From assembly GCA_937625935.1 (NCBI GenBank), contig OW569388.1, positions 186,001 to 250,000 on the forward strand: 64,000 nt of DNA, in the 5' to 3' direction. Shown here piece by piece: positions 56,049-64,000 of this stretch (its first letter is position 1; each line of letters opens with the position of its first letter). The notes beneath the pieces are model-generated. The model was not told the DNA's origin. It saw only the letters and a list, made by a program, of their open reading frames with translations, and did not search any database. A program made the translations under genes and the position numbers. The DNA comes from Tetramitus jugosus (Eukaryota > Protista > Heterolobosea).

Positions 56049-59000
56049 TTATGAACTCATAAACAAATCATAAATTTCCTGTAGAAATACTTGACCATCT
56101 TCATCAACACCATTCTTCACTGCATCCAGAATTTCTTCTGTCATTCGACTTGATTTTGAATATGTATAATCCATCATGCAATAAAGAATCGATTCTCTTG
56201 CTTCTTCCGTTGACACTTCGTCCGAGTGAAGTGCTTTCATCAAGAAGCTTGCCTTCCATGCAGTTAACCAGAGCATGGTTAGTAAGTGTTTTGCAGGTTG
56301 AGGTTGCAGCTGATCATACAAATCGAATCCAATTTGAATACAGTCCAATAGTACAAAGTGCAAGTTCTCTCTTGTTTCATCAGTTCCCTTTGTGAGACCG
56401 ACAACATATTGTGTGCAAATACGACACAGTTGCATGATTACATCTGCACAATTTAAATCACTTGAGAAAGTGCAGCCCAACTTCTTTTCCAATTCTTGCT
56501 TGGCACGTATGAGCAGCAGATTTTGTTCTGCAGTTAAAATAGTTTGATTATCCTCTTCGGCTATACCAACCAACTTCATGATGGAAAATGAGGTATCATG
56601 TTTCATTTGTGTTCCACATTCCAGCAGAGGTCCCACAGAATCTAGTAGCTTGTTTCTTTCCAAAGCAAACATCCACTTTAAGTCTGGCCGATTCTTTATC
56701 AAGTCAGCAATGTAGTCTGGGTATGCATGTACAAGCTTTGGTGTAAGTAGCAGATCGAATCTCTCATGTTTCCAATAGTAATCAAGCACCTGATGCATTA
56801 AATTCAGGTCGTTCTTAAAATCACTAATGTATTTCTCCAATCTATCAGATCCGTCTTTCTCATAAAAGTGGTGACACCAATGCACAAGGCGATCAATATC
56901 CTTGTACTTCTTCGCTAGAGATAGCACTTTTTCATTACAGTTCATGTCACTCGGAAGCACTATGGAACGAACCACCAATCGGTTAATTATTTCGCTCCTC
57001 AATTCATCGAGAGCCTGCTTGTTCACAATCTCGGATAATTCGTATTTTGAGAAAAGATACGAGTCGGCCATTCCAAACATTTGAAGACCCAAATCTCTCG
57101 ATGGATTTTTCATACTTGAAATTAATTGACCCGTAATTTCAAATTGTGTCCATAAGAACTTGGAGAATATCGCTCCCCAGTTTTGTTTGATTTGATATTG
57201 GCTCTCTAGATATGCACGATGCGTAACAACTGTCTCTATTAGATTGGTTAAAAGCAAATAGACTGTCGATATGTCCAACACTACACTGCTCGGTAGAGGC
57301 ACTCGAATAGAGTCGTTTCCACTCACAAATTCGTCCAGAATATGCTTTTCGCTCTCGTCATTAGATAATTTTTGCTGTTCGACAATTAACATTGCTTCGT
57401 ACACATCTAACACAAGTGAAACATCAGAAAAGAACAGTTCATTGTTCTTCACGCCACACACTCTGTTGCACTCTCGCTTTTCTTCACATTTTGTGATTGC
57501 ATGCTCCAAAATCGTGTTTTGTCTGGAGTCTAATATATCTCTTTGTCTCATCAAGTTCAAACATATGAGCAAACATTCATTGTGATACAGTATCTCTGCT
57601 TTCTGTTCCTTTGAGAGCATTTTCCACAATTGATTTCCAGTTTCAGAGTGTTTTGCTCTGTTCAACATGTGGATAAAGAACTCGTGATGTTCTTGCTTTT
57701 TCTTCAGCTGATTTTTGATGTCATGTGCATCGACTTTGGCATTCGCGATCCTCTTACTGGCTTCGCATAGAGTCGTTGCAGAGACATTCAAACCAAAGGA
57801 GAGCAATGAACCATCTCTCTTTCCCTTTTCATAGTGTTGTACGAGCAGTAACAGTTCATTCACATTAATCTCTCTAAATGCGGCATTGATTTCGAGAGAT
57901 GATTGGAGAATGGGCGTTTTGATCTTCTCGGCATTGTCACCATCGGTTTGAATATTCGCAATGAGTACACCTCGCTTCGAGTTCAAAACATATAACAACT
58001 CGTGATCTCCAAATTGTTTGTTAATTCTCATTTTCAACACACCAACGCCCACCACGTCTGAATTGGAGAGAGAGTACGAATGTGGTGCACACTCCCACAT
58101 GCCATCCTCATCTTGGCCCAACCAAACAAATCGATTTTTCCACACAACAAACAGAATTGGAGTATTATTCGAAAGAGCACAGAAGATTTGAGCTCCACTC
58201 AACAAATCCTCCTTTTTTGGACTGAACAGACCATGACCAACAGGTTGATTCACGTTCAATTCATGGAAGGACTCAACAGGAGCCTCACTAGAAGAGGAAT
58301 TGATTACCCACATATGGTAGACCAGTTCATCGTTGGTCTGCTTTGCTCTGGCTGCTGTTACTAAATAAATAATGTTTCTATGTTCCTCTCTTGCATCATT
58401 GGTTGCATTCAACAACCAAACACTTTGATTCCTCTGATACTCATGGTACAGTGCTTGTTGAATGAGTTCCTTTGCGTTGAAATGCCATGAAATGACATTG
58501 CCTGCACTGTACTCTCTAAAAGCTCTGTTGGTCAACGAAATAACAGAGGAGGACTTGTTGTTGTTGACAGATGGCAACAAGGCAATACACCTCTCACTCT
58601 TTGGTTTTCTCGTTCTAGAAGACACCCAGGAAACGAGAGATCCCCAGAAACCAGATGATGACGATGTTGAGGAATCCTTCTGACCTGCTGATTCATCATA
58701 AATGGTAGTGCTCTCTACTGTTTCATCTGATGGGAAAACAGCCAATCTCTCCACTCTCTTACCGTCTGCCGTTGCCAAAAACATAATTTTTTGTTCTTCA
58801 TCAACAAGACTCCTGACAAACATATTTGCTTCGTTCACCATCAATTCAGCTTCCTCTTCTTCCTCCTCTACCTTGTTGCTCTTTTCTTCATCTTCTTCTA
58901 CCTTCTTGTTTGCAACATGTGTTGTTTTCTGCTGCTGTTGATTCAAGTCATAATCCACAAATTTCAACTTTACACTCGAGTCACTCAGATTGACAGATGG

Positions 59001-59687
59001 CCAAAAACGAACTCTTCCTTCGCAACTCACTGCAACAACACTGGCAAAACGAGTGGATTGAGCAATTGGACAAAAAACAGCAATCAACGGATCAAACACA
59101 ACACCTGATCGTATGCTTACAGGGAACTCCAACGTAATGACTCCACGATTCGCACCATCAGCACTACCACCAGCAATACGACCAACATGAATTTTACCAT
59201 TCATGCGATCATCATCATCATCTTCGACATGACCACCATTCATCATCCTTGTATGGTTGTTGAGATCAGCACCCACATATTGAAGATCAATATCAGTATC
59301 ATCAACACAACGATTCAAAACGGACCACAAATAAATTTGATTGCCGTTTTGAATATAGGCGAAACCAGAATGTTTGGAAATGTGACCCTTGAATGGACGA
59401 TTGTGACTACTATGATTGTTGTGTGAATTGAGTGAAGAAGAAAATGATGCATCAATAAATGATGATTGATGAAGTTTTTGAGTGATGGATGAGGGAATGG
59501 GTGAGAAACACGCGAGTCCACTTCCATTTTCATCATTATTGTTGTTGTGACTCAATCGAAGTTTTTTTGATTTGGGTGTAGTTGTATGTGTTGTTGTTGT
59601 TGTTGTTTGATGATCATTGTTGGTTTGTTGTGATTGAAACAATGTTAAATTTCTCTTATTGTTGGGTGTTGTTGTTGTCATTGTCAT
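56049..59687 (-). CDS. NUP133: Nucleoporin Nup133-like
   Basis: N-terminal beta-propeller with AVSCEGRVRFWPSV; alpha-solenoid with LAKKYKDIDRLV and LKWMFAL; ~1200 aa. Confidence 0.7.
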   Translation of the reverse strand: MTMTTTTPNNKRNLTLFQSQQTNNDHQTTTTTTHTTTPKSKKLRLSHNNNNDENGSGLACFSPIPSSITQKLHQSSFIDASFSSSLNSHNNHSSHNRPFKGHISKHSGFAYIQNGNQIYLWSVLNRCVDDTDIDLQYVGADLNNHTRMMNGGHVEDDDDDRMNGKIHVGRIAGGSADGANRGVITLEFPVSIRSGVVFDPLIAVFCPIAQSTRFASVVAVSCEGRVRFWPSVNLSDSSVKLKFVDYDLNQQQQKTTHVANKKVEEDEEKSNKVEEEEEEAELMVNEANMFVRSLVDEEQKIMFLATADGKRVERLAVFPSDETVESTTIYDESAGQKDSSTSSSSGFWGSLVSWVSSRTRKPKSERCIALLPSVNNNKSSSVISLTNRAFREYSAGNVISWHFNAKELIQQALYHEYQRNQSVWLLNATNDAREEHRNIIYLVTAARAKQTNDELVYHMWVINSSSSEAPVESFHELNVNQPVGHGLFSPKKEDLLSGAQIFCALSNNTPILFVVWKNRFVWLGQDEDGMWECAPHSYSLSNSDVVGVGVLKMRINKQFGDHELLYVLNSKRGVLIANIQTDGDNAEKIKTPILQSSLEINAAFREINVNELLLLVQHYEKGKRDGSLLSFGLNVSATTLCEASKRIANAKVDAHDIKNQLKKKQEHHEFFIHMLNRAKHSETGNQLWKMLSKEQKAEILYHNECLLICLNLMRQRDILDSRQNTILEHAITKCEEKRECNRVCGVKNNELFFSDVSLVLDVYEAMLIVEQQKLSNDESEKHILDEFVSGNDSIRVPLPSSVVLDISTVYLLLTNLIETVVTHRAYLESQYQIKQNWGAIFSKFLWTQFEITGQLISSMKNPSRDLGLQMFGMADSYLFSKYELSEIVNKQALDELRSEIINRLVVRSIVLPSDMNCNEKVLSLAKKYKDIDRLVHWCHHFYEKDGSDRLEKYISDFKNDLNLMHQVLDYYWKHERFDLLLTPKLVHAYPDYIADLIKNRPDLKWMFALERNKLLDSVGPLLECGTQMKHDTSFSIMKLVGIAEEDNQTILTAEQNLLLIRAKQELEKKLGCTFSSDLNCADVIMQLCRICTQYVVGLTKGTDETRENLHFVLLDCIQIGFDLYDQLQPQPAKHLLTMLWLTAWKASFLMKALHSDEVSTEEARESILYCMMDYTYSKSSRMTEEILDAVKNGVDEDGQVFLQEIYDLFMSS

Positions 59688-59788
59688 TTCGCTTCTTTCG
59701 TGTGAATGGAACAGCTTCCTCTTCAACAATGAACACAAAAGCTTTTTGAGTGGAGAAACAGCACAACAGCAGTAAAAAGTTGTTGAAT

Positions 59789-59852
59789 GGGCGGGATTTG
59801 TTTGTGTGCGTGAAAACGATCATTCACAATTTGAGCGACAAATTTTGGCGCG
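59789..59852. promoter_or_regulatory. Candidate E2F-type sites in the divergent Nup133/zeta-tubulin promoter
   Basis: TTTTGGCGCG at 59843-59852 (matches TTTSSCGC) and GGGCGGGATTT at 59789-59799. Confidence 0.35.
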
Positions 59853-59904
59853 ACTCCTCTGATCTTTACGGAGAAAGAAGTTGATTTTTTTGTGTTCGAG
59901 CATC

Positions 59905-61254
59905 ATGTCCTACGTTTTTCTCCAGGTTGGCCAATGTGGGAATCAAGTAGGAGATGAGTTCTGGAATCTAATGTACTTGGAAAAGACAAAGAGATCCATA
60001 CCTTTGCACTCCTTGTTTCATCCGAATGGTTACGCGAGGTGTGTACTTGTGGATTCTGAGCCAAAAGTCATCCGTTCCATCGCTGAAGACTCAAAGTTCA
60101 TTGACCTGAAGAATGTGCGGTACTCTCAACCTGGGTGTGGTAATAACTGGGGTTTAGGTTATCACTTTCAAGGATCTTGTGAATGCCCGGTTATTAAGTG
60201 CACTGAAAATCTGTTGGAGGAGACCCTTTGCGCATTTCGTTACGAGATTGAAAAATGTGATTTTGTAAAGGCTGTATTTGTGATTCATTCACTGGGTGGT
60301 GGTACAGGTAGTGGCTTTAGTTGTCGTGTGATTGAGAGTCTCAGAGAAAGGTATCCCTCCATGTATATAGTTTCGGTGTGTATTGCTCCCTACAGGCACG
60401 GAGATACACCACTCCAGCATTACAATGCGCTGCTGAGCATTAATCACATACAAGAATTCTCTGATGCTATCATACTGTTCCAGAATGATCATGTGTTGTT
60501 GTCTCTCAACAGAGATTTTGAAAACTCGGCAACTAACAAGAAGTTGAACAAAAACGCCTACACAACGGGTGATGTCAATCGATACATTGCTTCTTGTTTG
60601 GTCAACTTGTTACTGCCCATGCAAGATCAAAACAATGAATGGAAGCAATTTGATATCTTTCACATCATGACGAACGTCTGTCCTGATCCGAAAACTAAGT
60701 TTCTTGAACTTCATACATCGGCATTGTTGTCGCACAACCAAGAAGCCAAAACATCCTGGCAATACATTGCCGAGGATTTAGTGAAACAGATGCCAATCTA
60801 TGATAGGATATTGAATCGGCCAATTAACTGTCTGCATTCTCTTGCAGTGGTACGTGGAGGTATTCAGAGTAGCTATGATTCACAAACGATACTCCGGGTT
60901 CTCTCTGGAAAAGCTTTAAATCCCGTTCCGTGGATCAAAGGGCAGAGTGTGTCAACAGTGAAGAGTAGAACAAGAGTACCAACGGTTGATAACATTGACT
61001 TTATAGTCTCCAACTCAAGGCCAGCATTGGTGTCTCCCATCAAGCCAATTGAAGTGTCATTGACCATCTGCGCAAATAGAACTCACATACTGGAATTCTT
61101 GAGTCATATTCTGTTGAAAGTGGATCTTATGCTGGAGAGCCAGGCATATCTTCACTGGTATGAACGACATGGAGTTGATAAAGAGTGTTTTGAAAAAAGT
61201 TGCAGAAATATCAAGCAAATTATGGAAGATTATGCCTATCAAATGAGGATGTAG
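59905..61254 (+). CDS. Zeta-tubulin (delta/zeta group)
   Basis: QVGQCGNQ, VDSEPKV, GNNWGLGY, GGGTGSG; GDTPLQHYN is zeta-like, whereas delta has GEVxVQNYN. Confidence 0.8.
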   Translation: MSYVFLQVGQCGNQVGDEFWNLMYLEKTKRSIPLHSLFHPNGYARCVLVDSEPKVIRSIAEDSKFIDLKNVRYSQPGCGNNWGLGYHFQGSCECPVIKCTENLLEETLCAFRYEIEKCDFVKAVFVIHSLGGGTGSGFSCRVIESLRERYPSMYIVSVCIAPYRHGDTPLQHYNALLSINHIQEFSDAIILFQNDHVLLSLNRDFENSATNKKLNKNAYTTGDVNRYIASCLVNLLLPMQDQNNEWKQFDIFHIMTNVCPDPKTKFLELHTSALLSHNQEAKTSWQYIAEDLVKQMPIYDRILNRPINCLHSLAVVRGGIQSSYDSQTILRVLSGKALNPVPWIKGQSVSTVKSRTRVPTVDNIDFIVSNSRPALVSPIKPIEVSLTICANRTHILEFLSHILLKVDLMLESQAYLHWYERHGVDKECFEKSCRNIKQIMEDYAYQMRM

Positions 61255-61301
61255 TCTAACATAAACAATATAGTTCCTTTACATAATCTCTCTGTTGAAT
61301 C

Positions 61302-62390
61302 TCATCGAATATCATGCAGTGTTCTTTGACTGTTTGGACTATCGGGTTGTTCGATTTTAGATATTCCTCTGAGGTTTGGACTCATGAGCTGGATAGAATC
61401 ATTAGTGTTTTGAAAACTATTGCTTAAGGAGTTATTAATCTCTATCAATCTTCGAATCCTTTGCTTGATCAAATCACACTGCTCTTGAAATCCAGAATTC
61501 GGAGGGGACAACCTTAAGGGGGAGTTCAGATGAAATTGTGGAGATGGAACATCGTACGATGGATCATGAGAACGTGAGCGACGATAACTGGAGCTACGAT
61601 GCTCGGCAGGACTTCTGGCTGGGCTTTTTTTCGATCGACTCTGGTCGAAGTTGGATGATAATAACTCTTCGACATGAAGGGTCTGGTTCACTCTTCTTGC
61701 AGGTGTTGTAGGTTGATACTCTTGGTTAAAATCATTCTGATCCATCTCGTACATCGGTTGCAAAGGCTTTATCGGAGTAGCTTGGTGGATATCGAGGTAT
61801 GCATCATCCGAATGCTTAGAACTTTTTCGATGAGGACTAGTCTGAGCATTTCTATACACGTTCTTACTCCTATCTTCTATAATCTCTTCAGAATGAACAG
61901 GAATTCGATAACTCTCATATTTTGGAAGAAGGAGAGAGTCTCGGGCATTGAAATGCATGGAAGATCGAGGAGATAATGGAGTTTTGTATGGATGGGAACT
62001 GTGAACTACCGGCGAGTATTGATAAACCTCTCCTCCGTACTCCTCAAAATGAACTTTAACTTTTGGTGATTTCTTCTTGGAACTGGACCTTTCTTCTCTC
62101 TTACTACTTCGATGTCTGCTGTTGCTTCGATCTGTCGGTGACTCTCTTCCTCTACTCCTGCTCCTGCTTCTACTCCTTTCAGACCGTTCTCTACTCTTGC
62201 TTCTTGAAGATCTATGACTCAAAGAAGAAGTATTCAAAAGGGCAGACTCAGTTGAGACATCAGCTTCCTTGGAATGCTGGATGAAGGTGTCCATTTCCTT
62301 CAAGAAGTGGTTGGTTTGAGTCGTAACTTCAGCCAAATGCTCAGCCGAGACCAATCGAGAAGATGGAGTCAATTTGGAACTCTCTTTCAT
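61302..62390 (-). CDS. Ser/Arg-rich disordered protein with a C-terminal coiled coil
   Basis: RS repeats, many SP sites. Confidence 0.65.
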   Translation of the reverse strand: MKESSKLTPSSRLVSAEHLAEVTTQTNHFLKEMDTFIQHSKEADVSTESALLNTSSLSHRSSRSKSRERSERSRSRSRSRGRESPTDRSNSRHRSSKREERSSSKKKSPKVKVHFEEYGGEVYQYSPVVHSSHPYKTPLSPRSSMHFNARDSLLLPKYESYRIPVHSEEIIEDRSKNVYRNAQTSPHRKSSKHSDDAYLDIHQATPIKPLQPMYEMDQNDFNQEYQPTTPARRVNQTLHVEELLSSNFDQSRSKKSPARSPAEHRSSSYRRSRSHDPSYDVPSPQFHLNSPLRLSPPNSGFQEQCDLIKQRIRRLIEINNSLSNSFQNTNDSIQLMSPNLRGISKIEQPDSPNSQRTLHDIR

Positions 62391-62680
62391 ATTTTCAATC
62401 TATTTGAGATTATTTGAGTTTTTGGGCTAGGTCAACATTCAAAAACTAGTTTCTGTTCGTAGCTGTAACGGTCAAGCGGTGATTTTTGTTTTTCGCGACA
62501 AAAACTCCGTGATCTTTGTATTTATTTTTTCACATCGAGTTTACAACGACTATTGATAACAAGGATCTCGAGTGAATGGCCAGAGATCCAAGATTTAAAG
62601 AAGAGTTGATTCTATGACACAAAACAACCACAAATCAGATAGAAATTAGCATCTCTTGAAAGAACACTTAACTGGACAAC

Positions 62681-62908
62681 ATGGTCGAATTGAATCAATC
62701 TGGCGGTATTATCAAGGAAAAGTTTGATGATAGTAAAGCGGAGGAAATTTTCCAAAAGGAAGAAATCACCGAAAACGATTACAACATGGGTCAAATTCTG
62801 GATAAGAAGTTGGAACTCAACAGAGGGGACATTAAGACATTCAAGCCATTGGTTGGTCCACAACCGTTGCCAGCTCAAGTAACTGGAGAACCTTTGAAGA
62901 AGGAATAA
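62681..62908 (+). CDS. Short hypothetical ORF, possibly the 3' remnant of a gene starting ~62576
   Basis: Protein-like 75 aa; upstream MARDPRFKEELIL* is interrupted. Confidence 0.3.
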   Translation: MVELNQSGGIIKEKFDDSKAEEIFQKEEITENDYNMGQILDKKLELNRGDIKTFKPLVGPQPLPAQVTGEPLKKE

Positions 62909-63237
62909 TTTGAATGTTGTCCCAATATATTTGTTAATAAAACCGCTGTAAATATGGAGTTCTGAGTTTTGCCCCGAATAACGAAATCAATTGAACCCTG
63001 GCATCTGGAAGATCAATGATGGGAGTTTGATCCCCAGATAGCATTTTTACCATTGGATACTTGGTACAATAGAGTGAATTCAATTGAGTAACACTCGTCA
63101 CGACATTAACCATTTCAAGTACAATCATAACGCAACCCAACCAAACCTGCTTCTTTTCGCTGGCTTGTTGAACCTTCACTCAAATTTCTTTTCTCTGGGA
63201 GGAGAAAACAGAAACAGAAACACGAAACCTGCCATAA

Positions 63238-63702
63238 ATGACGATCAGAAAACTTGAACCATCTGAAGATCCACCAAAGGACCTCCTTCTACTTGCCGAT
63301 CCTTCTTGGACCATGATCGAAGATTACCTGAAAAGAGGCGAGTGCTTTGTTTTTGAAGGAGATTCGGACCAAAAAAAGACCATTGTCGGTGTCCATGTTC
63401 TTTTGCCGACACGACCAAAAACAGTTGAACTTGTAAACGTAGCTGTCAAGGAGAGTCATCAAGGACGGGGTATTGGCAAGAAGCTCGTGCTTCATGCGAT
63501 AGAAACTGCAAAGATTAAGGGTTTTAAAACAATTGAGGTTGGTACTGGTAACTCTAGTCTCAGTGCACTGGGTCTCTATCAAAAATGTGGTTTCCGGATG
63601 ACTGGTATCGACAGAGACTTTTTCGTACGACACTATGACGAAGAGATTTGGGAGAATGGTATTCAATGCAGAGATATGGTGCGTATGGGAATGGACTTGT
63701 GA
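63238..63702 (+). CDS. GNAT N-acetyltransferase, bacterial (Firmicutes)-like
   Basis: LLLLADPS, ELVNVAV, QGRGIG acetyl-CoA motif, GTGNSS, LYQKCGFR, ENGIQCRDM; intronless. Confidence 0.92.
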   Translation: MTIRKLEPSEDPPKDLLLLADPSWTMIEDYLKRGECFVFEGDSDQKKTIVGVHVLLPTRPKTVELVNVAVKESHQGRGIGKKLVLHAIETAKIKGFKTIEVGTGNSSLSALGLYQKCGFRMTGIDRDFFVRHYDEEIWENGIQCRDMVRMGMDL

Positions 63703-63809
63703 GAGGAAGGTGAGTGCAGGAAATCTCAATAAAAGCATTTTCTAGCAACTCACTTGAGTGTTAACAAATGGTTAATTACCATATGTAATTGTTGTGTATT
63801 GATCATTTT

Positions 63810-64000
63810 TTATTCTGATCTGCTTTCATTGACCCTGCTATTGACTCTTGCTCTCTCCATCCACTGCCCTTTCTCTATACACAATATCTCTATTTGCCTT
63901 TGTTGCTCTTGAATCTCGCTAAGGGCACTCAGATACAGTGCTTCGAAAAGTTTACTCTTTTCTTCTAGTCTGGACAAACGGTCATCTTGCACTTGGGGAT
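63810..64000 (-). CDS. 3' end of a coiled-coil protein running off the window
   Basis: Frame open to the window edge; heptad-like LEEKSKLFEALYLSALSEIQEQQRQI. Confidence 0.4.
   Translation of the reverse strand, partial: PQVQDDRLSRLEEKSKLFEALYLSALSEIQEQQRQIEILCIEKGQWMERARVNSRVNESRSE

Noticed and set aside
125-63748. Numerous short antisense or overlapping ORFs in the track (e.g. 13644-14249, 42264-42740, 63289-63738)
   Set aside because: Shadows of well-supported genes with no recognisable motifs.
1-64000. Alternative genetic code or programmed frameshifting as the cause of broken ORFs
   Set aside because: TAA, TAG and TGA all end conserved genes, and the lesions share no slippery motif.
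1-64000. CRISPR arrays, tRNAs, transposase or reverse transcriptase genes
   Set aside because: No repeat-spacer array, cloverleaf or mobile-element protein motif was recognised by eye.

Overview
Gene-dense eukaryotic (protist) DNA with about 30 protein genes, short GT-AG introns and the standard genetic code. RGS, DUF4116, F-box and 7TM genes plus zeta-tubulin suggest a Naegleria-like amoeboflagellate; this is inference, not identification. Housekeeping genes include a P4-ATPase, PP5, p47/UBX, RPN1, a Nup133-like gene, GGH, MAPR, mARC and an nSMase-like gene. There is also one dispersed 5S rRNA gene and a truncated 5S copy. The standout is a 3-exon, ~2617-aa polyketide megasynthase (44192-52263) with the architecture FAAL-ACP-KS-AT-cMT-ACP-type III PKS. 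It is 'steely'-like but has a fatty acyl-AMP ligase loader and no reductive domains, and it is predicted to make C-methylated alkylresorcinols or pyrones (MPBD-like). Other unusual items: a GH85 ENGase with an inserted Fbs1-type glycan-binding domain, an R3H/dual-specificity phosphatase fusion, a CaaX-tailed RING protein, a KEN/D-box APC/C-inhibitor-like protein, a Firmicutes-like GNAT, an unannotated small basic gene, and several frameshifted or decayed genes. Domain calls come from motif recognition by eye; no searches were run.
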